A stretch of DNA of 64,000 nt from Eledone cirrhosa (taxonomy: Eukaryota): NCBI GenBank assembly GCA_964016885.1, contig OZ024742.1:310372001-310436000 (forward strand), read 5' to 3'. A program made the position numbers and the translations under genes. Every line of letters starts with the position of its first letter. Position 1 is the first letter of the stretch. Under the pieces are notes generated by a model. That model worked only from the letters and a program-made list of their open reading frames with translations. It ran no database searches and had not been told where the DNA came from. Below, one piece after another: positions 26,200 through 39,214 of this stretch.

Positions 26200-26432
26200 A
26201 TAGGAACAAATAAGACCCCGACGGCTGAGCTCAAGCCGTTTCGACGGCTAATTCTGGACTGAATGAAAATTTATTCTGAATAAATTTTCATTCAGTCCAG
26301 AATTAGCCGTCGAAACGGCTTGAGCTCAGCCGTCGGGGTCTTATTTGTTCCTATTACCCACTCTACTACCCTAAGTATTGAGTACTTTGGTGCGTTATGG
26401 TCCACTTGGTTCCTTACCACATTTCCTTCGTT
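26200..26432 (+). mobile_element. Fold-back mini-element: perfect ~155-bp palindrome (centre 26277) plus ~78-nt tail, in (TA)n; probable PLE terminus
   Basis: Arms 26200-26276 and 26278-26354 are reverse complements. Confidence 0.8.
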
Positions 26433-26576
26433 ATATATATATATATATATATGCATATATACGTTGCTTATATACACATATATGTGTATACGAATATATA
26501 TATATACCAAATTAGAAATAGGACTTCAGTTTCGCCGAGTCCGTTTGCACCGATTTCTGCGCTATAAAAATGCATC

Positions 26577-26623
<47 letters not shown>

Positions 26624-26871
26624 TTTCTTTATTAACCACAAGGGTTTACATAAAGTAGACATTAAGGACAGTGCAGGACAATACAGGACGGTACAAATGG
26701 GCATTTCTGCGTGTAAAAAACAAAAACAGAGGATGTAACAAAAAATAACAATGAAAAATTCCCCAATAGGGGGGAGACTTCGGAGGGACATTTGTGGAGA
26801 AAGCCCAGTAAAAAGCCACAATGACCCTGACCACCAAGGCAAGTGCCCTCTCCCAGTTTTCCACCTTTAAT

Positions 26872-29800
26872 TTAGAGATATATACTCAAAGTAGGCCCAT
26901 TCACTCGGGCCATTCTTGCTTCTCTCACCCATCTTTCAACAAAATGCTGGGAAGAGAGCACTTCCCTCTCTACTCTGATTTTCCTTTGCAAATGAAATTT
27001 GAAAAAGTCAATCAGAGCATCACCGAAGAGGTAAGTGCTCGTCTTCAGCCCTTTCAAACGTGTCCACCATACTATCTCTTTCGCCATGGCCACCAGACAG
27101 ATAAAAACTGCCTGCCCTTCCCGGCTAAAGGAGGAGGGCGGGGCAATCCTCACGATGGACTCAGATGATAGCCGGATCCGTCCTAAACGCGACAGCAGGT
27201 GTTCGACATAAACCCACAAGTCAGCAATGCTCGGACACTGGACGAGTGCGTGCAGGACGGTTTCGTCGCCCTGCGCGCATCTCGGACATGCCCGGCTGAC
27301 GGCACCTACATGCCTGTAGAGTTTATCCCGAACTGGCAAGGCTCCTCGATAGCACTGCCAGGCCAGAGATTTCTGGAAGTTGTCCATAGGCCCTGGCCCG
27401 AAAGTACTTCCGAAGAGATTGGCTAGTTGATTTTCGTCGACGCCTAGAGTTTCTCCAAGTACGTCGTCGCTCTTCCCCTCCACTAATCCTCTATAGAACG
27501 CCGAGGTGGAGTTTCCACCGATTACATTGCCCGATTGGTCGAGGGCTGTGAGCGCCTGAAGACATTCCAGTCTCCAGGCGCTCCCTCTCGGTCTTCGCTT
27601 GACACAGGACTGGAGCTCCGTCAAGGAAACGAGCTGGGGAAATACGTGTCTAGCAAACGGCGACCACACCTGATCACCGTCGAGGAAGAGGTGGAGATGT
27701 CGTAGCCTGAGCGCGTGCCTGCGCATCATCAGCCACGGCATGCCCAGCCCTCCACGTAACGGGTGTTGACAACAGATGGACCGCCTGACCATCGGAGCGC
27801 GTGCCTTCCACAAAAAGCGAAAGAGCAAACGCTCCAGCGCAGTCAGGCGAGGCTTAGGACAAGGTACGACGGTCAGGCGGTAGCAGATGACAGACGCGAT
27901 GTACGCGTTAGCCACCTCCGCTCGACCTTTCAGGGATAGCTTCCTCTCCGCCCATTTCTGGGTGAGAGAAGCCACCCTGCTCTTCACCTCGTCCCAGTTT
28001 TTGTCCGTCTGGAGGTCCGGACCGAACAAGACCCCTAGCAATTTAACCGGTCCGTCCGTCCAGCGTCCGACGACGCTGTTGGACGGCATGGACCTGCCTC
28101 TCCAGGTGCCGAGCTGCAGGCCCACTGACTTTTACTGGTTGATCATTGCTCCTGTCACCGCTTCGTATTCTCTTAGTGTAGTGCCGATCGCTTCGATGTG
28201 TTTGGCGTTCGACACCACTACGGTGACATCGTCCGCATATGCTGACACGGATCTTCCGCATCCTAGTTCGCGCGGGACCCCCCTCAACGTCTCCAGTTTG
28301 TGCAGTAATGGCTCGAGAGTCAATACGTACAAGAGGGACGAGAGGGGACATCCTTGGCGGACCGAGCGCATGATGTTGAACGGTTCCGACAGGTGACCGT
28401 TCACTCTCACAACAGAGCAGATGTCGCTGTGCATGGCAGCGATCCAGCCTCTGAAGACGGGCCCAAAGCCAGCCGCCCTCAGGACTGCCGCTAGGTAACG
28501 ATGGTCGACCCTATCGAAAGCTTTCGACTGATCTAAATTGATCAAGGACCCACCCGTGCCAGGTTCCCTAGCTACCCTCTCTACGATGTATCGCATGAGG
28601 TGGAGGTTGTCGTGGATGGATCTGTCGGGAATGGCGCATGTCTGCGCCTCTCCCACCAGACCACCAATGACAAGCGCCAACCTCTTTGCTAGCACCTTGG
28701 CCAAAATCTTGAACTCTGTGTTTAGCAGAGTTATGGGCCGGAAATTATCTATGTTATCCCCCTTATTCGGATCCTTTCTCAGCAGTGCCACCGCTCCTCG
28801 GCTCACAGAACTGGGAATTCTCCCGTTCTGTTGCCAGTTGCAGTAGACGTCCGCCAAGAGGCTTCCGAACAAGTCTGGCATCTGTACGTAAAATTCATAG
28901 GGCAGACCATCCAAACCAGGCGATTTACCCCTTGTGCAGCCAGTCATTGCCTCCCTTACTTCAGCGGCTGTTATCGGCTTTTCGCAACACTTCGCCTCAT
29001 TGGCCGAGAGCCGCGGCAGTCCGTCGAGGTAGACACTAAAGTCCATCCCTCGACCCGGCCCACCGCTGCCCCCGAACAGCTGAGCGAAGTGTCGCTGAAA
29101 AGCTTCACACATTTGCCCGGGATCGAGTAGCATGCGCCCGTCGTGGTCCACCAAAGACCGGATCGTGGCTTTGTTGCCACGACGCGCCTCCGCCACTCGG
29201 GCCCATTGAACGGCTTTCGTCCCCTCGTGTCTGAGAGCACTGACAATGCAGCCTTCGTGCTTTGCATTGAAGAATTGGTTAAGGGCCAATTTCGCCGCAA
29301 GCACGTCGGTCGCAATGCCTTTGCTAAGCGCCTCGTCTAATTTTCTAACTAGTTCTCCCTCTGCTCTATTTTTCTCTATTGCTAAAGCCTTACTAAACCT
29401 AATGGATTCTATTCTAATCGCTCTTTTCAGAGCAAACCACCACTTGTTGTTGACGATGGCCCCGTCAACGCCCGCTTAACTAGTTCGCTAATCCGGTCTC
29501 TGTAGGCCTTGCGCGCTGGTAAGGACGCGTTTAGCTTCCAGTAGCCGGGTCCTCGTCTATGAAGCCTATCTAAGTCAAGCACACAGATCATGAATTTGTG
29601 GTCCGTGTAGCTGACTATCTTGAATTGTGGACAGCCTATGCTAGACCTATCTATTTCCCTACAAAATACTCTATCTAGATATGATCTGGATGACCTTGGC
29701 ACATTCGGGAAATCCAATCGGTACCTGTCAGACAGTTCAAAACGCCTGAGCAGGTTGGTGAGGCTCTTGCACCCTCCACCCCTATCCGCTAATCCCACAC

Positions 29801-30255
29801 AGTCCCAGCGTGCATCTAAGATCCCGTTCCAGTCGCCCACTAACACTAAAGAGCGGGACGTTCCAAGAAAGGTCTCCAGACGCCGGAAGAAATCAGGCCG
29901 CCCTGCTCCTGTCGGGGCATAGACGGCCACTAGCCTGAAGGCTTGCCCGTCTCCGCTGGTCACGTCCAGCACCACCAGCTTACCCTCTGGGTCCAGGAAG
30001 ATGGCCCGTATGGCGAGATCCAAACCTCTCCGAAAAAGCACAGCAACTCCTCCCCCCCGATCCAGGACGGCTGGGAGATGTGTACACATCGTAGCCGCCG
30101 AAGATCGGTGCGAACGCCCGTGCTTCGGAGATTCTGGTCTCGCTGATGGCCACTACATCTATGTTTAGTGACCTGAGGTCGTTGAGCAGGTGACCCTGCT
30201 TCCATGACGACCCCAAGCCACGCGCATTTATGCTGCCTATTCTGAGTGAGGTCAT
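26872..30255 (-). pseudogene. Copy E ORF2 (APE-RT-zinc knuckle) with frameshifts and a stop
   Basis: Consecutive ORFs 29980-30255, 29427-30089, 28132-29304 and 26872-28125 carry INARGL, GDWN, TDH, YADD and CPRC. Confidence 0.92.
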
Positions 30256-30290
30256 GTTTAAAATAGAGTGGAAAAGATGGGAAAGACCAC

Positions 30291-32372
30291 TTACCGTACT
30301 TTTGGTAGAGGAGGGATGGTTTTTACATCCCTTTTCACTTGATCGTCTGGTGAAGGGACCGTTGAATCGTCCCTTCGGCTGGTCGTCGGCTCTTCTATGA
30401 GAATGTCTGAATATACTCTTCGATTGAGAGTTCCTCCTAGGTCCCTGAAATCACCAACTGCGTTGGTGAATTTCGTTTTAATGTTTGTGTATTGTTTCTG
30501 TGCTATTTTTAGCAGTCTTATGTTAGTTGGCATTTTGATTGGTGCTGGTATTATGTAGTCGTGTTGTGAAATGTCTGTGTGTTCAATTATGTAAGTCATT
30601 AGTTTCTTGTTGTGTGTATTTATTGCCGTGCATTTGTTTTTCTGGGGGTGGGGTGTGGTTCTGCTATTTTCTTGTCGTTGTTGCTGGGTGTGTGTGTTTT
30701 GTTGTTGTGTTTGCGATGTTGGTGCTTGTGGTGGTGGTGTTGAAGGTGTTGTTGGCGGTGGGGTTGTCGCCGGTGGTGATGGTGGTGCTAGTGTGGGTGG
30801 TGATGGTGTTGGTGGTGTTGCTGCTGTGGATCTCTTTGCAGTAGACTTTACCCTTTTCTCATTTCTTTCCTCCCTTTTCAAAGGCGACGATGCGCTGCTT
30901 CTGCGTTTGTGCCTTCTTACGACCTTTTGCCATCCCTCTCCCACCTCACACTCCATGTCTGATTCTGTGAGGTCGGGGAGGGGTACCAGCTCCACTCTTT
31001 CACTTGTTGTTGTTGGTGATGTTTGCACTGGAGTCTCTGTTGCAGCTGCATTTGGTATTGCTGTTGTTGTTGTTAATATTTCCACTGCTGCTGCTGTTTT
31101 TGATTTCCGTGGCGTGGGTATGGGTGCCACGGACCTATCGTTCCTGGTTGCCGCTTGTCCTGTTGCTGGTAGCCGTGGAGCCGGTTTCGGAAGGAGGGGG
31201 GTTTTCTCCTTTCTCAGGGTCTTCTCGTTGCAGAAGGCCCTGAGGTGAGTCTTCGATCCACAGCGAAAGCATTTCGGGCGTTTTCCTTCAACACTTATGG
31301 GCAGTTGAGTGCCGTTATCGAAGCCTATCACATCCGGGTTAGCTTCGATGCACTCCTGGTTGGTTTGGATTAGCATCTCAATGGAGATGCCGACCCAATC
31401 TTTCCTTACTTTTTTCTGTACTTGCAGTACAGTTGTTTTGTCCTCGATTCCGACGAGCACAGACGCGGCCAGCCAAGAAGGGGCCATTCCGGGGGGGACG
31501 TGGGTCAGTTTGACCCTCACAATTTTTTGCCCGCAGTAGGAGGGCACCAACACCATTTCCTCGCTCCTTAGGGTCACTACGGATTGGGCCTTTGTCTCCT
31601 GGGGTGTGGCAAAAAGTACGTCTACGGTGGCATATTTTTTGCCTCGGGTGATGTGCGTTTTCCGCTGCCACACAGACCCCAAGGCTTTTTGTATTTGCGC
31701 CTCTGTGGCTCTTTCCACCCTACGGGATTTTGTACTTACTGTACGGTACGTGACCGTACAGTGCTGTTGGGTTTCGAAAAAATTTTCCGCTGCCTTGCAG
31801 ATTGCTCGGTGTCCATTCTTTGTCACCATCTTCTTCGCTTCCTCTAATTCCTCATTTGTTATGAGGACTGTTTCCAAGTTTTTCGCAATACCTGCAAATG
31901 AGATTGGTTTTTCTTTGCTGCTGTTGTTGTTGTTGTCGTCAGAGCTGCTGTTACTTTTGTTGTTGCTGCAGGTACTACGACTACTGCCTCCGCCGCTGTT
32001 GCTGTGGTTGTTGTTGGTGTTGCTGCTGCTAATGCTGTTGTTGTTTATGCTGCTGGTGATGCTGTTGTTTTCATTGTCACTGTTGCTGTTGTTATTACGG
32101 CTGCTACTGCTATTATTCCTGACGTCAGACGAATGAACTGGGTTTTCGTATTTCCCGCACACCTGTTTCGTCGCTGTCGTCGTGGAGAAACCTTGCACGC
32201 TTTGCACGAGACTTTTCTTTTCTTTCGTCGCTTGCGAAAGAGAAGGGAGGGAGAGAGACACATTTAAAGAAGGGAGGGAGAGAGACAATCTTCTCTCTGC
32301 TGTAGTGATGATTGAGGAAGAAGAAGACGGAATGAGTGGGAGTGACCTATGAAATTTCTTTTTCGTAGCCAT
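30291..32372 (-). CDS. Copy E ORF1, intact, 693 aa, gag-like with CCHC knuckle
   Basis: VEGKRPKCFRCGSKTHLRAFC; low-complexity N- and C-terminal linkers; homologous to ORF1 of copies B and C. Confidence 0.85.
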   Translation of the reverse strand: MATKKKFHRSLPLIPSSSSSIITTAERRLSLSLPSLNVSLSLPSLSQATKEKKSLVQSVQGFSTTTATKQVCGKYENPVHSSDVRNNSSSSRNNNSNSDNENNSITSSINNNSISSSNTNNNHSNSGGGSSRSTCSNNKSNSSSDDNNNNSSKEKPISFAGIAKNLETVLITNEELEEAKKMVTKNGHRAICKAAENFFETQQHCTVTYRTVSTKSRRVERATEAQIQKALGSVWQRKTHITRGKKYATVDVLFATPQETKAQSVVTLRSEEMVLVPSYCGQKIVRVKLTHVPPGMAPSWLAASVLVGIEDKTTVLQVQKKVRKDWVGISIEMLIQTNQECIEANPDVIGFDNGTQLPISVEGKRPKCFRCGSKTHLRAFCNEKTLRKEKTPLLPKPAPRLPATGQAATRNDRSVAPIPTPRKSKTAAAVEILTTTTAIPNAAATETPVQTSPTTTSERVELVPLPDLTESDMECEVGEGWQKVVRRHKRRSSASSPLKREERNEKRVKSTAKRSTAATPPTPSPPTLAPPSPPATTPPPTTPSTPPPQAPTSQTQQQNTHTQQQRQENSRTTPHPQKNKCTAINTHNKKLMTYIIEHTDISQHDYIIPAPIKMPTNIRLLKIAQKQYTNIKTKFTNAVGDFRDLGGTLNRRVYSDILIEEPTTSRRDDSTVPSPDDQVKRDVKTIPPLPKVR

Positions 32373-32611
32373 GTTGTTTTTTTTTTGTTTAAAATAAATA
32401 TTGGGTACAAAACCCCAATAAGCAGTTATTTAACCCCGAAGGGCCAAATAACGGGCAGAAAGACCCCTCTCACGAGGAGGAGGGTGTTTTTGTCTACAAG
32501 TTCGTTAAAGTTTTAAACAATTTACAATTGTTATAGTGTTCAAAATTTACAATACCTTACAGAGCCGAGCCTCCGTCAACCATAGCATTCAATAATAATA
32601 ATAATAATAAT

Positions 32612-34221
32612 GACATTAAAATGGAGTTTGGACTAGATAAATGCGCCAAAGCAACGTTCACCAGAGGAAAGCTGCTGAAAGGTTCAGACATTAATCTTGA
32701 TCGAGGGAATGTGATAAGAGAACTTGACCAAGAGGAAACTTACAAATATCTAGGTGTTTGTGAAGGAGACGGAATCAAGCACTCGACAATGAGGGAAAGG
32801 ATAAGGAAGGAATGTTACCGCAGAGTAAGAGCAATCTTAAGAACGGAATTGAATGCAAGGAATAGGATCGATGCCATAAACACGCTTGCCATTCCAGTAG
32901 TAACCTACAGTTACAATGTCCTCAACTGGTCAAGCACAAAGATCCGTAGGCTCGATACAAAAATTCGAAAATTCTTAACCATGCACAGAATGCATCACCC
33001 TAAGGCAGATACAGATAGAATATATCTCCCTAGGAAAGAAGGAGGACGTGGGTTAATCCAGTTAGACATTGCGTTGAAAACTGCAACAATTGGATTATCT
33101 ACATATCTAAGGGAATCACATGATTGGATGATCAAAATCGTTTTGAAACACGAAAGCATCAAAAGATCATAATCCATTACAAAAGATGCACAAAGATACT
33201 GTAATGGACTACACATTTCAGAAGTCCCATTTACTGCTGAAATGGAAAACACAGAAAAAGCAAAGCAGGTAAAAGTAACTGCAAAGAAAGAACTGCTACA
33301 GAAACTGGCTAAGAAATGGCAAGAAAAGCCTCTGTATGGAAAATACCCAGAACGAGCTAACAATCCTGATGTTGCCAAAACTTTAACCCATCAGTGGTTG
33401 GCATCCTCTGGACTGAAATCGGAGACTGAAGGACTGATTATATCAGCACAAGATCAGTGTCTGCCAACAAAAAATTACCAAGCCAACATAATAAAAAATG
33501 GATGCAGCCCATTATGCCGTGTATGTAAAAAAACAACCAGAGACCATTGACCATATAATTTCAATGTGCAGTACTATAGCTCCAACCGAATACCTAAACA
33601 GGCATAACAGAGCTGCACAATACATACATTGGATAATGTGTAAGCATTTTGACCTGCCCCATCAAAAGAATTGGTGGGAGCATCAACCACCTCCCATACT
33701 TTAAAAAGATCACATCTCAATCTTGTGGAACTTTAGCATCCAAACAGACCGAAAAATAGATGCAAATAGACCTGATATTGAAGGACTTTAAAAAGAGGGT
33801 ATGCCTGCTAATTGATATGTCCGTTCCAATAGACAAGAATGTATCTATTAAAACATTTGAAAAATCGAGCAAGTATAAGGACCTGGAGATAGAAATTGGA
33901 AAAATGTGGAAATTGAGAACTAAAACAATACCAGTGGTTGTAGGCGCTCTAGGAATGATACCTAAGGGGTCTAATTCTTATTTATCGCAAATCCCAGGAA
34001 GCCCGCGTATAGGAGAAATACGAAAGATAGTACTAATGGGAACTGCCCATATACTAAGGAAGATCCTGTCAATATAAGTACATCACAAGTCTAAACACTA
34101 AAGATGCATGTGTGAGTATGTATGTTCTTTCTTGAACATGGCGGACCTTGTTGTCTCTTGAGGTCACTGGTTGTGACTTGGTGATAACTCGTATGAACAT
34201 AAAGCAAGATAAATGCAGCTG
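32612..34221 (+). mobile_element. 5'-truncated R4/Dong-clade LINE (RT thumb, CCHC, restriction-like endonuclease)
   Basis: MEFGLDKC, YKYLG, RIYLPRKEGGRGL, CRVC..ETIDHIISMC, YLNRHN, RPD across a frameshift, KYKDL, PVVVGALG; (TAA)n on both sides. Confidence 0.88.
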
Positions 34222-34245
34222 TAATAATAATAATAATAATAATAA

Positions 34246-36839
34246 ATTTGGAGACTAAAATCCAAAGAGGGCTCGATAAGGATAAATATATATCAAATAT
34301 ATAAGAACCGCAGAGCAAATATTTATTAAAATAACAGATTAAAGTTTAAGCAAAGAATCGCTGCTTTCACCCTTAACGGGATCTTCTGAAACTAAAAAAA
34401 TCAATCTGTGAACGCAGAAGTAAATATTTCGAAAAACGTTGAAACCGAAGGAAGACAGGAAGACGATACTTTGGTTCGTGGTAACGTTCTCTAGCAATGA
34501 ACGGAAAAAACGAAGATAATACGTCATTATGGGAACATTGAGAACAATTACACGCAAAGACAAAACCACCTTTATGGTATAACTGAAATCGTAGACTAAA
34601 ATTCTATTTAGGAAACCGAATGATTCTCGGCTTCAGAGTTAAGAATAATGTAAATAAATTACAGAGCTAACTGAAATCAACAAAAATTAAATATACGCAT
34701 GCACGCATCCATATACGTACGTACACATGCATACGCGAAAACACCCGCCATGGGTATGCACATACAAACACGTACACACAAAAACACACACGCACACACA
34801 GAACCCAGGCAACGCCTGTACCCGCACACATACGAACGTATACACCAAATACACCTAAAAATATATATACAAAAAAAATATTTATATGTGTGTGCGCGTG
34901 TATACATATAATATATAAACGTATATAAATATACACACATAAATACGTAAATAACGCGCGTGCACACACATACCTACATGTAAATACACATATAGTCGCT
35001 AAACGTACGTCAACCAAAACACAAAGTACACATATACACACACCCTACATACGTACGAATCCGCATACTCACACAGACGCAAATCTCACGTATACACATA
35101 AGCATATGCACATGTACCAATATATATAATATAATATATACGCCTATAACATATACAAGAAAATATACGTACGAGAAAGTATACGTACCTTCACAAAACA
35201 TACAGGTAATATATACTTACCTATACAAATAAGTAATGTTATAAACATAACTATACTTAGCTACCACATCAAGACGTAAAATATCCGCGTATAGTTCGTA
35301 CTATCCGTTAGGGTATAATGTGGGGCTGTAATACAGGAAAGTTTTGTTCAATTTATGTTTACAAACCGAAATTGCCTCAGATTTTTTGTTTAAGATGTGG
35401 TCTTTGGCGTAGAGTATTTCCAGGGCTTCAGCGGCGCAGAGGTCACATGGTCTTTTATTTCGGTTATACAATCTAGCCCTAGCAGGATCTCCCAATGTAA
35501 CTTATATTGGGTGTGGTTGTCTTTTAGACTCCAGATATAAGCTGAAAGTGACGTCATATTCCTTCATAAAGGGTTAAGAAAAGAATGGGTATGCATGTAA
35601 AAACGCTGCTTGAATCTATTGGCGTTAACCCGAAGTAGGCCCTACGGGACGTGAGTGTTTCAACCTTACATTTGTAGACAATGTTACTAGAGAGGCATTT
35701 CCCGGATAGGAAGCAGTCAACCTGATTCCTACAATTACAGTTAGTACTAACTACGGGGTTGCACGTGTTCCTACGACTAGGTAATTTAGCTAAATTTGAA
35801 GCTGTGATGTTATGTGCAAGATTAGGAGTCGTAGAGTAAGAAATTTTAATGGTATTTCTATTAAAAATGTTACTATATTTATGTGCTGAGGGGAAATGCT
35901 TCATAATAAGGGAGAGAAAGATCTTAGCTAATTGTGTGGTTACCTCCAAATTATATGGTGGGTTATACCATATAATGCGTCGGGATCTATTTTTCCTAGG
36001 TCTATTCTCATACTCTGTATATGCTACCTTATCGACAAATCAACTCCGAGCAAGAGCTTCATTGTAATATGTGGAATGGTCGTTGAAAATATGCTCGTTA
36101 GTAGATAGACGGGAAAGCCTCAAAGAAACATTTCTTACCAGGTTCTTGGTTATGCTGCCAGGATGGTTAGAATGCTTACTTATGTAATTAAGCGTAGCAT
36201 TTGGCTTTCTATACGGGTAGTGTAAGCCATTCGACAAATTGAGGGTAACGTCGAGGTAATTAACGACCGAGAGGTTGGCCTCAACCTGTATGGAAAGGTT
36301 GAAGCCTTTAAAGAAGGCTGCGAGTTCTTTTCTGAACCTGTCGCAAGCACGTGGGCCGCACTTTGTCATGATCAAAAGACCGTTATCACGGTACAAACCA
36401 CCGCCCACGCTGGGGAATTCTTCCTTGATAGAGAAAAGAAGGAAAAGGCCGATAAGATCAGTAACCCCCGCAGAATCGCTGGCGCCCATACTCACATCGA
36501 ATGGGGGTACTATTAAATTTTTTAATCCAAATAGAATCGTCGAAATTAATCACCGACTTATGGCATTGAGGATGACATCAACTTCGAAATCTCAGCCACT
36601 GTGAGTGTTTTAGCGAAATTGATAGCTCTAAGAAGAAGTGGTAAAGTGAAGGAGGAGTAGTAATTATTGATGTCGAATTGGATAAAACGGCAATGTTCCT
36701 TGTTGCATATGCCGTTGAACCAATCAATCACCGCGAAAGAATTGTTCCACAGTGCAAGAGGGGCCAATCTTCTAATTTCAAGTATAATTCTAAGGGTGAA
36801 AGCAGCGATTCTTTGCTTAAACTTTAATCTGTTATTTTA

Positions 36840-36840
<1 letters not shown>
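34246..36840 (-). mobile_element. 5'-truncated Penelope-like element (RT plus C-terminal GIY-YIG) with a partial inverted terminal repeat
   Basis: FIQFDINNYYSS, MGASDSA, LYRDNGL, NYLDVTL, YRKPN, SNHP, CNCRNQVDCFLSGKC..NIVY..YFG, CDLC..CKH. 36791-36840 is the reverse complement of ~34326-34375. Confidence 0.88.
34343..34393 (-). ncRNA. Type I hammerhead ribozyme fold in the PLE terminal repeat, core mutated (CAGAAGA)
   Basis: Minus strand: AGTTT-CAGAAGA-T CCC GTTAA GGG T-GAA-AGCAG CGATTCT TTGCT-T-AAACT. Stems I and III pair. Confidence 0.6.
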
Positions 36841-36898
<58 letters not shown>

Positions 36899-37621
36899 AA
36901 ACAAACAGAAACATTTCACAGTCAATTCCATGCTATGTCTAATAATGAAAGTCACACAAGGTGTAACGCAGTAGAACTAAACTTTGTACTACTCTTGCTC
37001 CAGTTTTATGTTTTTGTTTATACTTGTAAATAATCATGTGTCACAGTTCTGGTGCCTACCGAGTTTATCTGTCACAATCTGAGAGGTCACTGTTCCTCTC
37101 ACAGAAATACATGATATAGAAGTGGTGGAAAAGATAATATATATTACAAGGATAATTGATCATAAGGGACAGGGAGAAATAATGAGAGAAAGAAAGAAGG
37201 TTAAAGAGAAGGATAGTGTGGAGGTATGAGGTAATTATACTGAGTCCCTCATAGATGTACGTAATTAGAAAATGAAAGAAACTGATCGTAAGAACGGACC
37301 AAGGAAACAACATTTCCGTTGCTTAAACTATCTGCCAATCGCAAATTGTAGCAGGAAAATGGAAGATGTATTGTACCTCGACAGATGGGGTGGGTTTTAC
37401 AGATCCCTCACGAGGCAAGGTCCTTAACTTATTGCGCTTTTCAGGGGATTAAACAGCCGTTTCATGAGTCATTGCTGCTGCGACGTAATTTTGGGTCTAA
37501 TATCAATCTTATGTGGTTCATATGATAGACCCGAAATATTTGATGACCCGAGAACACATCACTAGTGATGTTTCGCAGCTCTCTATCTGACGTATCTTAC
37601 ACAGACACAGACACAGACACA

Positions 37622-37735
<114 letters not shown>

Positions 37736-38370
37736 CATATATAACGGACACATTTTTTAAGTGGAAACGCAACAAATCATATATATATATATATATATAT
37801 ATGATTTGTTGCGTTTCCACTTTAAAAATTGCTTTTGTTCGTTGTATTTGTCCTTCACCTTGTTAATTTTCAAAAGTTTATCATTAATAATCTGACGAAC
37901 GCGTTATCTCCCTCCACCCTCATTAATTTCAATGGTTCACATTTTCTAACACGATATCTTACTTTCTTCTCCTTGCTTTTTTTCTCCTTTTCTTCTTTTC
38001 CTTTGATTCATCCCTGAGTCTTTCGTGCTATGAGAAACACCATACTTTTTCTCTGACGTCACATAAAATTCTATGTGTACTTGTTATAGGTTAATTACTA
38101 TAAATTAATATTTGCCTCTCGTCTCTTACTCCATTGGATAGCGTTTGGCTTGTATCAGACGCTGTGACCCCGAGTGGACAAGCAGTACCATTGGTAGGGG
38201 GTCGAAACTGCCAGAGTCAATCTCAACGGTCGATGACCCTGGAGTTTTGTCTTTGGTTTGGATTTTTACTTTTGAAAAAATAATTTTTAAGGTTCCCCTT
38301 AAAAGATGGTTTTTCGTTTTGACTTGCTTTCGTTCGTTGTCTTGTCCCTCCCTTGTTAATTCATACGCTT

Positions 38371-38477
<107 letters not shown>

Positions 38478-38779
38478 ATGTATGTGTGTGTCTGTGTGTG
38501 TCCACAAATAAAAAAATCTCATTGACTGAGAAGAAAAATTGTTCAAACGACAAAGCAAATAACAATAATAAATTGGGCGTAATTTAGTTATAAATAGGAA
38601 AACTGTGTATATGTGTGTGTGTTTATGGGAGTGTGTGTATTTGTGTATGTATGTAGAAAGTGACAGAGGTATAAACATATAGATAATTAACTGAAGAAGT
38701 ATTGAAAGAAATGCACGAAGAAATATAGACAGAGAGAATGAAAAGAAGAACGTAAAGAATGAAAGTAGAGCTGGAAGAT

Positions 38780-38975
38780 GAGTGGGAATGAAAGAGGGGG
38801 AGAAATGGGACTAACGAAAGAAAGTCACGCTGAAAGAGTAGTGGGAATAAAAGAGCGGGAGAAATGGGACCAACGAAAGAAAGTCACGCTGAAAGAGTAG
38901 TGGGAATAAAAGAGCGGGAGAAATGGGACCAGCGAAAGAAAGTAACGCTGAAAGAGTAGTGGGAAAAGAAAGAGG
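38780..38975. repeat. 59-bp purine-rich minisatellite, about 3 copies
   Basis: AGAAATGGGAC recurs at 38801, 38860 and 38919. Confidence 0.85.
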
Positions 38976-39214
38976 GAGGGATGAGAGTAAAGAACGAAAA
39001 ATGGATGTAGTTACAAAGAAAGAGAGAAGTGTAGAGGACAAAGAGGGAAATTAGAAACGAAAGATAAATGATAAAAATAAAAAAAAAACTGAAGGCTAAA
39101 AATACATAGGCCACACTGTGGGTATTTGAAGCTCCCATATATGCCTCAATAAGCGACGAATTGACAGAGTCGTTGGAACGTTCCGGCTTTCTGGTCTCTG
39201 AGTATCGATAATAA

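Larger units (their letters stand above)
26622..32590 (-). mobile_element. Full-length Tx1-clade element, copy E (~6.0 kb)
   Basis: ORF1 plus APE-RT ORF2; (AAT)n on both flanks (26577-26621 and 32591-32611). Confidence 0.93.

Noticed and set aside
30539-32267. Antisense ORFs over Tx1 ORF1/ORF2 (also 3150-3905 and 9574-10314)
   Set aside because: Shadow frames caused by strand compositional bias.
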